The position numbers and the translations under genes were made by a program. Below, one piece after another: positions 50,711 to 59,797 of a stretch of DNA of 64,000 nt. The first letter of the stretch is position 1. Each line of letters begins with the position of its first letter. This DNA is from Alphaproteobacteria bacterium (lineage in GTDB: Bacteria > Pseudomonadota > Alphaproteobacteria > MPNO01): contig CBDFLJ010000002.1 in the NCBI GenBank assembly GCA_965248835.1, positions 1,760,001 to 1,824,000 of the forward strand, in the 5' to 3' direction. Under the pieces are notes generated by a model. It was not told where the DNA came from. It did no database searches and saw only the letters and a program-made list of their open reading frames with translations.

Positions 50711-51310
50711 ATGAAGCTTTACTACACCAAGGGCACATGCTCCATCGCGCCGCACGTGGCGCTGCGCGAGGCCGGGGCGAAGTTCGACCTCATCGCCGTC
50801 GATCTGCGGGAAAAAAAGCTCCCAGACGGCAGCGACTATCTGGCGATCAACCCCAAGGGCTATGTGCCGTTGCTGGAGCGCGACGACGGTCAACGTCTGT
50901 CGGAGTGCGCCGTCATCCTGCAATACGTCGCCGACCAGAACCCGGATTCGGGCCTCGCGCCGCCGGCCGGATCCGACGACCGCTACCGGCTCCAGGAATG
51001 GCTGAGCTTTGTCGGCGGTGAGCTGCACAAGGGCCTGCCGCCGTTGTTCCTGCCGACGGTCCCGGAGGAGATGCGACCGGTCGCCCGCGCGCGGCTGACC
51101 ATTCGGATGAACTTCCTCGACCAGGCGCTGGAAGACAGGCAATGGCTGATGGGCGACGGCTTCTCGGTGGCCGATGCCTATTGCGGCGGCATCCTCAACT
51201 GGACCAAGCCGGCCAAGTACGACCTGTCAGAGCACCCCAACGTGGCGGCCTACTACGACCGGTTTTGCGCGCGGGACGCGGTCAAAGCGGCTCACGCCGC
51301 GGAAGGCTGA
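50711..51310 (+). CDS. gstA: Glutathione S-transferase (beta class)
   Basis: MKLYY..G.CS.APH, NPKGYVP.L, ELHK and FSVADAY motifs. Confidence 0.9.
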   Translation: MKLYYTKGTCSIAPHVALREAGAKFDLIAVDLREKKLPDGSDYLAINPKGYVPLLERDDGQRLSECAVILQYVADQNPDSGLAPPAGSDDRYRLQEWLSFVGGELHKGLPPLFLPTVPEEMRPVARARLTIRMNFLDQALEDRQWLMGDGFSVADAYCGGILNWTKPAKYDLSEHPNVAAYYDRFCARDAVKAAHAAEG

Positions 51311-51950
51311 CGCTCGCCCGTCCGTCGTGGACGATCCTCAGCACCGCGCCGTCGATCCGGCCGAGAAACCGGTCCAGGCGCGGCTGCTCCAGCGCCATGG
51401 CGCTGTAGAGGCTGAGCATGTCGAACCGGGCGGACGGCGCGCAGGTCCGGATCAGCGCAGTCTTGAGGATCCGCCGCAACGGGCGCCGCACCATCAGGCG
51501 ATCGAACCACCACGGAGAGCCGAGCGTGGTCACCGCCAGGCAGTGCTTGAGCCCGTCGAGCCGGGGCGTGATGCGCCCGCCGGGCTCGCTCGGGTGATCG
51601 AACGCGGCACCGGGCGCCCAGACCCGATCGAACCAGCCCTTCATCAGCGCCGGCAGCCCGAACCACCAGGTGGGGAAGACCAGGACCAGTATCTCGGCGC
51701 GCTGCAATTGGGCGATGTGCGCGCGCACGGCGGTGTCGTCGAACGCGCCGGTGAAATAGCCGGTTCGCTCCGCCGCCGACAGCGGAGCGTCGAAGCCGGT
51801 CTGGTAGAGGTCCAGATGCTCGATCTCGATCGGATGGCCGGCGAAGGTCTGTTTGACGCGGGCCACCAAGTGATTGCACAGGCTGTCGGCCAACGGGTGG
51901 CACGAAACCAGCAGACACCGGCGCCCGCTGTTCGAAAGGCTCTCGGTCAT
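51282..51950 (-). CDS. NAD(P)H dehydrogenase (flavodoxin-2 fold)
   Basis: HP...S, DLY...F and FPTWW.G.PA.MKGWFDRV motifs. Confidence 0.9.
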   Translation of the reverse strand: MTESLSNSGRRCLLVSCHPLADSLCNHLVARVKQTFAGHPIEIEHLDLYQTGFDAPLSAAERTGYFTGAFDDTAVRAHIAQLQRAEILVLVFPTWWFGLPALMKGWFDRVWAPGAAFDHPSEPGGRITPRLDGLKHCLAVTTLGSPWWFDRLMVRRPLRRILKTALIRTCAPSARFDMLSLYSAMALEQPRLDRFLGRIDGAVLRIVHDGRASVSLPRREPL

Positions 51951-52051
51951 TCTCGCACCTGTGCCGTGGCCGTTTCGGGCGAGACTAGCGCAATCTCGGC
52001 TTCGGTGGAATTCGCTCCGGCTGGCCGGTGCGAGCCTGATGAGGATCAAAG

Positions 52052-53017
52052 ATGACGGTGAAACTCGGATATCTCCTGCCCACCCGGGAACGGATCATGG
52101 TGGGGGTGCACGAGACCGCGCGCATCCTGGAGCTCGCCGAGACCGCGGAGGCGGTCGGGCTGGACTCGGTCTGGATCGGCGATTCGCTGCTCGCCAAGCC
52201 GCGTCACGAGCCGCTGGCGTTGCTCGCAGCCATCGCCGGGCGGACCCGCCGCATCACGCTGGGTACGGCGGTGCTGCTGCCGATGCTGCGCAACCCCGTG
52301 CTTCTCGCCCACCAGGCGGCAACGATCGACCAGATCAGCGAAGGCCGCCTGATCCTCGGCGTCGGCGCCGCACGCGACGTGCCGGCGATCCGCGCCGAAT
52401 TCGAGGCCGCCGGGGTGCCGTTCGAAAAGCGCATCGGTCGGATGCTGGAGGGCGTGCGCCTGTGCCGCGCGCTATGGACCGGCGAGCCGGTCGACTGGCG
52501 GGGCCGCTGGACGTTGGAGAACGCGGTGTTGGCGCCCCTGCCCTTCCGGAAGGGCGGCCCGGTGATATGGGGCGGCGGCGGGGTCCCGGCCGCGCTCAAG
52601 CGCTGCGCGCGCAACTTCGCGGGCTGGTTCCCCTCCGGCCCCGGCGGAGGCGCCGAATGGGGTGCGAGCTGGACCGAGCTCCTGGGATACGCCGCCGAGG
52701 CAGGGCGCGAGGAATCGGAGATCACCGGTGCCGCCTACATCACCGTGGCGGTCAACGACGACCGGGGCGAGGCCGAAGCCGAGCTTGACGACTACCTGTC
52801 GCGCTATTACGGCCGGCCGGCCGTAAAGATCAGGTCCGAACAATACGCCTTCGCCGGCGACCGCGCGGCGGTGACCGCCTGGCTCAACGGCTTCGTGGAG
52901 AACGGCGCCAGCCACCTCTGCGTCCGCTTCACCGGGTCGGACGACGCGCGGCAGATCGCGATGCTGGCCGAGATGGGCCGGTCTTTCGGGTGGGATGGTT
53001 CGGCAACGGTTTGCTGA
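52052..53017 (+). CDS. Luciferase-like (LLM) flavin-dependent oxidoreductase
   Basis: G.DSVW.GD, LGTAVL, P..LA.Q.AT.D..S.GRL.LGVG motifs. Confidence 0.9.
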   Translation: MTVKLGYLLPTRERIMVGVHETARILELAETAEAVGLDSVWIGDSLLAKPRHEPLALLAAIAGRTRRITLGTAVLLPMLRNPVLLAHQAATIDQISEGRLILGVGAARDVPAIRAEFEAAGVPFEKRIGRMLEGVRLCRALWTGEPVDWRGRWTLENAVLAPLPFRKGGPVIWGGGGVPAALKRCARNFAGWFPSGPGGGAEWGASWTELLGYAAEAGREESEITGAAYITVAVNDDRGEAEAELDDYLSRYYGRPAVKIRSEQYAFAGDRAAVTAWLNGFVENGASHLCVRFTGSDDARQIAMLAEMGRSFGWDGSATVC

Positions 53018-53305
53018 ACCCCCTCTTGAAATCCCGATTTGGGAATTTGGTGTCTGGCTGGAAATGAATTGAGTGATTTCAGTGCGTTGTGTTTCGATGG
53101 TTGTGGATCAACAAACATCGAAACACAACATGTGGAATGAAATCACGCGCCCGAGCTATGCGCGCGATGGGCTGCGCTATGCAAGCGAAGTGACGGGCGA
53201 GGCGTGGGCGCTTCTCGAGCCGCTGTTGCCTGCGGCCAAGGCGTTGGGCCGGCCACGGACGACGGATCTGCGTGAGGTGGTGAACGCGATCGTGTACATG
53301 CTGCG
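53018..53305 (+). mobile_element. IS5-family (IS1031-like) left-end remnant with transposase N-terminus
   Basis: From ATG 53130: MW..ITR..Y.R.GLRYAS..T...W.LLEPLLP.....GRPR..DLREVVNAI.Y.LR. An 18/19-bp stem (53086-53104/53111-53129) precedes the ATG. Confidence 0.8.
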
Positions 53306-53636
53306 TGAGCGTGCTGTCCGCCCCTCCCCGCCTGGAAGACAACCACTGGGTCATCGTCGGCAGGAACCCCGCGCGCATCTCACCGACCTCCAGAAGCCCT
53401 GGCGCCGCATCCGGGCCCGGGCCGGGCTCGACGACGCGCGAATCCATGACCTTCGTCACAGCTTTGCGTCCAGGGTCTTGGCCCTTGGCGAAAGTTTGCC
53501 GATGATCGGCAAGTTGCTCGGCCACACCCAGGTGCAGACAACCGCGCGGTACGCGCACCTCGCAAACGAGTCCGTGAAGGCATCCGGCTCACGCGTGGGC
53601 GACAGCATCGGCCTTCACATCGCTGGCGACGGATAA
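53306..53636 (+). pseudogene. Tyrosine integrase C-terminal fragment
   Basis: W.RIR..AGL.D.RIHDLRHSFAS, IGKLLGH.Q.QTT.RYAHL motifs; N-terminal part absent. Confidence 0.85.
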
Positions 53637-53767
53637 AGTTAGGGTTCCTCATACGCCCCCGCGTGCGACGCCGACCAGCGCGGTAGGGCCAACGCGGAAC
53701 AACGACTCAGTCGATCCCCTGTCTGTGCCCTTGCGATAGGCCTTCTCTCAGTTGGGTCATTCCGGCC

Positions 53768-53796
53768 TTGCGGATAGTCCATTTATAGACTATATT
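53768..53796 (+). promoter_or_regulatory. Sigma70-like promoter with overlapping palindromic operator for the toxin-antitoxin operon
   Basis: TTGCGG-17 bp-TATATT; inverted repeat ATAGTCCAT-TT-ATAGACTAT (53774-53793). Confidence 0.6.
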
Positions 53797-53813
53797 GTCT
53801 TTAGGACACATAT

Positions 53814-54230
53814 ATGGAGCCTTCCATGACTGCACAAGCACGTCTGGCAACGGCGTTTGACCGCAAGGGCCTGTCTGGCCCGGCGTTGCGCACGTTCTTT
53901 CGAATCGCAGATCTCTGGAGCCTCTCGGTCGAGGAACAGATGACCCTACTCGGGCTGACAGCTCGATCGACCTTCTTCAAGTGGAAGAAGGACTCGAACG
54001 CTGTTCTGCCAAAGGATACGTTGGAGCGCATTTCCTACATCCTGGGCATCTACAAGGCACTTCAGCTCCTGCTCCCCGACGAAAAGGCGGCCGATGAATG
54101 GGTGAAGCGTCCGAACGCCGCACCACTGTTCGCTGGTCGGTCTGCTCTTGACCGGATGTTGTCCGGCCAGGTGGCGGACCTCTTCGTCGTACGGCAATAC
54201 CTCGACGCACAGCGGGGTGGTTGGGCATGA
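53814..54230 (+). CDS. Xre/MbcA/ParS-family antitoxin
   Basis: LR.FF.IA..W.L, ERISY.LGIYKAL..L, W...PN..P.F.G..AL..M and VR.YLD..RG motifs. Confidence 0.9.
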   Translation: MEPSMTAQARLATAFDRKGLSGPALRTFFRIADLWSLSVEEQMTLLGLTARSTFFKWKKDSNAVLPKDTLERISYILGIYKALQLLLPDEKAADEWVKRPNAAPLFAGRSALDRMLSGQVADLFVVRQYLDAQRGGWA

Positions 54231-54922
54231 CGTTGCCGGTTGCCCGCATCGAATGGAAGCCGTGCTGGCGGATCATCCCCAGCCGGTTTCCGCCCATTCA
54301 GCTCTTCGAGCGGGTGACCGATCCGGACGACCTTGAAGCGATCTTCGAGTTGGACGCGCTCACGAATCCCAGGCTTCGTGAAGAGGCTGGCGATATCGAA
54401 CTCGTACCGCCCGAAGACCGCATCAGTGGGCCCGGGACCTCCGTCATCATGGCAACTTTTACCCATCTGAACCCGAACGGCAGCCGGTTCTCGGATGGCA
54501 CTTATGGTGTTTTCTATGCCGCGAACGACCTCGACACCGCCATTGCCGAAACCAAGCACCATCGCGAGCGGTTCCTGAGCGCCACGGCCCAGGAGCACAT
54601 GGAACTGGACATGTGGGTCAATATGGTTGACCTCGACGGAGATCTGCATGACCTGCGCGGCCAGAAGGCCGCCCAGCCGCTCGTCTACCACAACGACAAC
54701 TACTCAGCGGGCCAGCATCTGGCGAGAACCCTGCGCGAGGCCGGGTCAAACGGGATTGCCTATGACAGCATCCGCCGGACAGGGGGCGAATGTGTCGCCG
54801 TGTTCCGACCTCCCCTTCTCTCGAACGCCCGCCAGGAGCGGCACCTCTGCTACGTATGGAACGGACTTCAAATTGTCACGGTCTACGAGAAAAGAGAATT
54901 CGGCGCCGACGGTAAGTCGTGA
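54227..54922 (+). CDS. RES-domain toxin (NAD+-targeting family)
   Basis: R (WRIIPSRFP), SRFSDG.YGV.YA, E (TAIAET) and S (YDSIR); ATGA overlap with the antitoxin. Confidence 0.9.
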   Translation: MTLPVARIEWKPCWRIIPSRFPPIQLFERVTDPDDLEAIFELDALTNPRLREEAGDIELVPPEDRISGPGTSVIMATFTHLNPNGSRFSDGTYGVFYAANDLDTAIAETKHHRERFLSATAQEHMELDMWVNMVDLDGDLHDLRGQKAAQPLVYHNDNYSAGQHLARTLREAGSNGIAYDSIRRTGGECVAVFRPPLLSNARQERHLCYVWNGLQIVTVYEKREFGADGKS

Positions 54923-55037
54923 CCTTCGTGTGAGGCACGTGTTGACAAGCACCCAGAACGCGACCTTGCAAGCCGATGTGGTGCAGGCCAAACGTCGGGC
55001 CGCCGACCGGCGGCCGGCAAACCGGGTTGCATCCCGG

Positions 55038-55541
55038 CTAGGGCGCATCCCATGGCCGCCAACGGGGTATCCAACGCGGCACGTTCGCCTTGTAGCGTCG
55101 ATAGTTTTCGCCGAACCGCCGTTCGAGACCCGGCTCCTCGACCAATGAGAAATAGAGCGTGTTGACGAGGAAAAAAACAAGCATCCAACCGGCCAGATGC
55201 CACGAGCCAAAGAAAAGCGACTCGGCACCGAGCATGAAAACCACACTCGTGATCATCGGATTTCGAACATGGCGGTAGGGCCCGCGAACAACCAGACGCT
55301 TCGGCGGATCCCATGGCGCAGGTGTACCCTCGCCGGCGGTCAGAAATAGCCTGACCGTCCAGACGGCAAAAACGAGTCCGGTGACAGCCAGAATAATGCC
55401 GATCCAGAACCTGGGTTGTGCGAGTCCCGCCGGCGCTATGGCCGCTGGCGAGTCGACCAAAAGCCATAGTATCGCGCCCGGAATGAAGACGAGGACCGTC
55501 CCCGGAAGGATGATGATAGTCTTGATGAGCTGCAGATTCAT
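55038..55541 (-). CDS. Isoprenylcysteine carboxyl methyltransferase/PEMT-family membrane protein
   Basis: GTPAPWDPP..LV..GPYR.VRNPM and EE..L..RFG..Y..Y...VPRWIP motifs. Confidence 0.9.
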   Translation of the reverse strand: MNLQLIKTIIILPGTVLVFIPGAILWLLVDSPAAIAPAGLAQPRFWIGIILAVTGLVFAVWTVRLFLTAGEGTPAPWDPPKRLVVRGPYRHVRNPMITSVVFMLGAESLFFGSWHLAGWMLVFFLVNTLYFSLVEEPGLERRFGENYRRYKANVPRWIPRWRPWDAP

Positions 55542-55708
55542 CCGGGTCCCTGATGAAATGTCGTCACGATTGTTGCGGACGCCGTCATGAAAGCACCGCC
55601 GACCCAAATCTACAGATCCGACACTTCGGTAATACGATAAAGCCGATCAACAAGGCGAACGGCCGGCGCGGAATCCTCTGTCAAACGGGGATAAAGAAAC
55701 CGGTGCCA

Positions 55709-55744
55709 CAATTCACCCAATTCACCCAATCCAACGAATTCAAT
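55709..55744 (+). repeat. Degenerate 9-bp tandem repeat (CAATTCACC x2, CAATCCAAC, GAATTCAAT)
   Basis: Read directly; overlaps the aminotransferase stop codon. Confidence 0.7.
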
Positions 55745-56906
55745 CCAGCTTCGGTTGGAGCCGATCGAGTGCGTGCGACAGGGTTTCGGGATCGGCGGCG
55801 AAGCACAGCCTGAGCCGGCCCTCGCCTTCCACGCCGAAGGCGCGCCCAGGCGCCAGGCCGACACCGGCGGTCTCGATCAACTCGCGCGCGAAGGCCAGGC
55901 TGTCGCGCACGCCGTCGACCGCGAAGAAGGCATAGAACGCCCCGTCGGGATGGGGCAGCCGGACCCGGCGCATGGCTCCCAACCGCTGGACCACCAGGTC
56001 GCGGTTCCGCCGGTAGCGCTCGAGGATCTGCTGGACGAACGGCTCGCCGTCCTCGACCGCGGTGACGCCGGCATGCTGGACGAAAGTCGTCGGGCCGGCC
56101 AGGTTGTACTCGTTGAGCTTGGCAAAGCTCTCGCCCAGTTCCGGGGCGTGGGTCAGCCAGCCCAGCCGCCAGCCGGTCATCGACCAGGACTTCGAGAAGC
56201 TGTTGATGACGATAACCCGGTCCTCGGGCTCGGCGATGTCGAGCATCGAGGGCGCGCGCGGGCCATTGAAGGCGAGCCGGATATAGACCTCGTCGGCGAC
56301 CACGTAGATCCCGCGCGGCCGGCACCATTGGAGCAGCGCGTGCTGGTCCTCGGCGGTCATCACCCAGCCGGTCGGGTTGGCCGGCGAATTGACGAACACC
56401 GCCACGGTGCGCTCGTCGCATGCGGCGAAGACCTTTTCCACATCGAGCCGCCAGCCGCCGTCCGCTGCGACATCCAGCGCAACGATCCGCGATCCGCCAC
56501 CCATCACGTGGATGGTCTCCACGCAGTTGGGCCAGACCGGACCCACGGCCACCATGTTGTCGCCCGGCGCCACCAGAAGCTGGGAGACCAGCATGATCGC
56601 GCTCATCCCCGAGGCGGTGACGGTGATCCGCTCGACATCAATCGGCCTGTCGTGAAGGGCGCTGACATAGCGCGACAGCGCGGTCCTCAGCGGCGGGATG
56701 CCGCGGTTCTGGGTATAGAAGACGTGATCGGCCGCCAGCGCCCGGTTCGCCGCCTGCTTGATGAAATCGGGCGTCGGCGTGTCCGGCTCGCCGAACCACA
56801 GCGGGATCACGTCCGCCCGGCCCATATTGTCGTCGGCTACCGCACGGATCAGCGATCCGCCAAGCTCGGCGATCTCCGGGCGCATGAGCCGGCGCATATC
56901 GACCAT
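55740..56906 (-). CDS. Class I/II PLP-dependent aminotransferase
   Basis: LWFGEPD..TP, NSP.NPTG, ADEVY and NSFSK.W.MTGWRLG motifs. Start 56906 (RBS) or 56978. Confidence 0.92.
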   Translation of the reverse strand: MVDMRRLMRPEIAELGGSLIRAVADDNMGRADVIPLWFGEPDTPTPDFIKQAANRALAADHVFYTQNRGIPPLRTALSRYVSALHDRPIDVERITVTASGMSAIMLVSQLLVAPGDNMVAVGPVWPNCVETIHVMGGGSRIVALDVAADGGWRLDVEKVFAACDERTVAVFVNSPANPTGWVMTAEDQHALLQWCRPRGIYVVADEVYIRLAFNGPRAPSMLDIAEPEDRVIVINSFSKSWSMTGWRLGWLTHAPELGESFAKLNEYNLAGPTTFVQHAGVTAVEDGEPFVQQILERYRRNRDLVVQRLGAMRRVRLPHPDGAFYAFFAVDGVRDSLAFARELIETAGVGLAPGRAFGVEGEGRLRLCFAADPETLSHALDRLQPKLD

Positions 56907-57006
56907 CGGCCTCTCCCGAATGTTCTCCCGCCGATCCAGCTTAGACGCCGGGACCGGCAATGAGTAGGGTTCGCTCATAGCACGAGCCATTTCGGGAAGC
57001 GGGGCG

Positions 57007-57933
57007 GTGAAGGCGATCCGGATCGAACGCCACGGCGGCAGCGAGGTGATGGACCTGGCCGAGGTCGCGCTGCCCAGGATCGCGCCGGGCGAGGTGTTGG
57101 TCGCCGTCAGCGCCGCCGCGATCAACCCGGTCGACTGGAAGATCCGCGAGGGCCTGCTCAAGGACCGGTTCACGCTGCGCATGCCCCATGTGCTGGGTCG
57201 CGATTTCGCCGGCGTCGTCGCCGCGACCGGACAGGATGTCCGGCGATTTGCGGTCGGCGATCGGGTCTGGGGAGCCGCGCCCGGCACCCGCTGGGGCAGC
57301 CACGCCGAGTACCTTGCCGTCGCCGAAGACATGGTCGGGCGCGCGCCGGAGGCGCTTTCCGATGTCGAGGCGGCGGCGATGCCGCTGGCCGCGCTGAGCG
57401 CGCTTGCCGGAATCCAGGCATCGGGGCTGGCCGCGGGCGAGCGCATCCTGATCCATGCCGGAGCCGGCGGGGTCGGTGGGCTCGCCATCCAAATGGCCAA
57501 GCACCGCGGCGCCGAAGTCGCAACCACCGTCGGGCCGAGGAACATGGACTATGTGCGCGCCCTCGGCGCCGACATCGCGATCGATTACCGGGAAGGGGAT
57601 TTCGCCGCAGCGATCAGCGATTGCGATGTCGTGCTGGATACCATGGGCGGCGAGGTCCACCGCCACTCGTTTGCCGTCCTCAAGCCGGGCGGACGGCTCG
57701 CCTTCCTGATCGCAGCCCCGTTAGACAAGACCCCGCCGCGTGCCGACATCTCGGTGATGCACGCCCGCGTCTCCTACGACAACGAAAGCCTCGAACGCAT
57801 CGCGACGATGGTCGAGGCCGGCGCGATCGCCCCGCAGGTCGAAACGACTCTGCCGCTGGAGCGCGCCGTCGAGGGCTATGACTTGAGCCGCACCGGCCAT
57901 GCCCGCGGCAAGATCGTCCTGACCATCCGATAG
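57007..57933 (+). CDS. NADP-dependent quinone oxidoreductase (MDR family)
   Basis: INPVDWK, LG.DFAG, HAGAGGVG and GHARGKIVL motifs. Confidence 0.92.
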   Translation: MKAIRIERHGGSEVMDLAEVALPRIAPGEVLVAVSAAAINPVDWKIREGLLKDRFTLRMPHVLGRDFAGVVAATGQDVRRFAVGDRVWGAAPGTRWGSHAEYLAVAEDMVGRAPEALSDVEAAAMPLAALSALAGIQASGLAAGERILIHAGAGGVGGLAIQMAKHRGAEVATTVGPRNMDYVRALGADIAIDYREGDFAAAISDCDVVLDTMGGEVHRHSFAVLKPGGRLAFLIAAPLDKTPPRADISVMHARVSYDNESLERIATMVEAGAIAPQVETTLPLERAVEGYDLSRTGHARGKIVLTIR

Positions 57934-57954
57934 GAACCGCAAGGGAGCTTTGAC

Positions 57955-58788
57955 ATGCCAAGACGGATCGAACACGCCTGCGTTCTCACCGAGATCGATG
58001 AAGAGGGCATCGCCTGGGTGAACTTCAACCGCCCGGAAAAGCGCAACGCCATGAGCCCGCAGCTCCATTACGACATGGAGGCGGTGATGATGGAGATCGA
58101 GACCGATGAGGAGGTCAAGGTCACCGTGCTGACCGGCGCGGGCGAGTCGTGGAGCGCCGGGATGGACCTGCGCGAGTATTTCCGCGCGACCGACAAGGAT
58201 CCGACCGCGCAGTTCCGCTCGTTCACCGCGAACCGCCACTGGAGCTGGGATATCCTGTCAATGTCGCGAAAGCCGACCATCGCGATGGTCAACGGCTATT
58301 GCTTCGGCGGGGCGTTCATCCCGCTTTGCGCCTGCGACATCGTGATCACCGCCGAAGATGCAGTCTTCGGCCTGTCGGAGATCAACTGGGGCATCCTGCC
58401 AGGGGGGATCGTCTCCAAGGTGATCCAGGACTTCCTCGCCCAGCGCGATGCGATCTTCTATGCGATGACCGGGCGGACCTTCAACGGCACCCAGGCGGTC
58501 GAGATGAAGCTCGCCAATATCGCCGTGCCGCGCGACCGCCTGAAGGACGAGACGCTCGCGCTGGCCCGCGAGCTGATGGAAAAGAACCCGACCGTCCTCG
58601 GCTACACCAAGCAGGCGGTCAAGGCGGTACGCCAGATGGATGTCGACATGGCCTACGAATACCTGCGCGCCAAGTCGTTCGCCCTGCGCTTCGCCGATGC
58701 CGAGGACACCCGCGAACGCGGCATGACCGAGTTCCTGGACAACAAGACCTACCGCCCCGGCTTCGCCCCGGTGGGCAAGGGGTCCTGA
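57955..58788 (+). CDS. ech: p-hydroxycinnamoyl-CoA hydratase/lyase
   Basis: NRPEKRNAMSP.L, AGMDL.EYFR, NG.CFGGAF, FGLSEINWGI.PG, YL.AK and FLD.K.YRPG motifs. Confidence 0.9.
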   Translation: MPRRIEHACVLTEIDEEGIAWVNFNRPEKRNAMSPQLHYDMEAVMMEIETDEEVKVTVLTGAGESWSAGMDLREYFRATDKDPTAQFRSFTANRHWSWDILSMSRKPTIAMVNGYCFGGAFIPLCACDIVITAEDAVFGLSEINWGILPGGIVSKVIQDFLAQRDAIFYAMTGRTFNGTQAVEMKLANIAVPRDRLKDETLALARELMEKNPTVLGYTKQAVKAVRQMDVDMAYEYLRAKSFALRFADAEDTRERGMTEFLDNKTYRPGFAPVGKGS

Positions 58789-58827
58789 CGCCCGATATCG
58801 GCATGGTATCAGGCGCCGAAGCGGGCC

Positions 58828-59742
58828 TCATCCTCCCGCGGTTTCGGCAGAAGGTGCCGAGGACGCCACGGCGGGGCGCTGCCGGCGGTCGGATTCGGTC
58901 TGCGCGATGAAGCTGCGCCAGACTGGGGCGATCCGGGCGCCCTGCAGATCCGACACCTCGGGGTAGGGAACCACGTTGAAGACGCTGTCCCATTCCGCGC
59001 GCGTCATCACCGGGTCGTGGTAACGCGCGTTCGGGAGAAGCCGGTGAATCCTTTCTGCCGCTTCGGTCGGGTGGACCGGATCACAACCGCCGGTCACCAC
59101 CGCGGGAACCTCGATCGATGCCCATTGCGCCTCGCTCGCGCGGCAGCCGGCAGTCGGCAGGTCGCCGCTGGTGGTGAAGAACGCCTCCCAATAAGCCCTT
59201 TGGCGGACGAACCGGTGCGGCTCCATGGCCAGCAGGCGGTTGCGGTTGGCCGGGTTCCGCCTGATCGAGGCGGCGAACAGCGGTGTCTCGGCGACCGCCT
59301 CCATGCCGTGCCGCAGCGCCGCCTGTATGTAGGGCCGATAGATGCTTCGGGGCAGACGCTCGGCCGGCACCTCGCCGCCCGACGGCCAGGCGAGCATCAG
59401 CCCGCGAACCAGCTCCGGGTGCTTCAGGCACAACAAGGGGCTCGTCCGGCAGCCGGCGTATTCACCGACATAGCAGGGCGCGATGCCGAGCTCTCGGATC
59501 AGCGCGGCGAGTTGATCCGCCCACAAATCCGCTTCCGAGCCGTCGCCTTGGATCACCACGCTCGCGCCGCCCTCGGTGTTCGAGCGGTCCCAGGTCACGA
59601 CGCGGCAATCGCGGGCGAGCTCGGCTGCGACCACGCGCAGGACATCGCCGCCCCATCTTCCGCCGGGCGTCAGCACGACCGGAACCCCCTGGCCGCGCGC
59701 CTCGTATTCCAGATCGTAGCCGTCGAAAGAAAGTTGGGCCAT
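58828..59742 (-). CDS. Alpha/beta-hydrolase-fold protein with an atypical nucleophile elbow
   Basis: G.G.PVVLTPGG, WDR.N, D.LAALI..L and I.VP......DP.HP motifs; elbow reads VGEYAG. Confidence 0.78.
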   Translation of the reverse strand: MAQLSFDGYDLEYEARGQGVPVVLTPGGRWGGDVLRVVAAELARDCRVVTWDRSNTEGGASVVIQGDGSEADLWADQLAALIRELGIAPCYVGEYAGCRTSPLLCLKHPELVRGLMLAWPSGGEVPAERLPRSIYRPYIQAALRHGMEAVAETPLFAASIRRNPANRNRLLAMEPHRFVRQRAYWEAFFTTSGDLPTAGCRASEAQWASIEVPAVVTGGCDPVHPTEAAERIHRLLPNARYHDPVMTRAEWDSVFNVVPYPEVSDLQGARIAPVWRSFIAQTESDRRQRPAVASSAPSAETAGG

Positions 59743-59797
59743 TGCGGCTCCTCGGGTCCGGTTGCCGGCCGCATCGAACCGGCAGGCGGCCGCAGGG

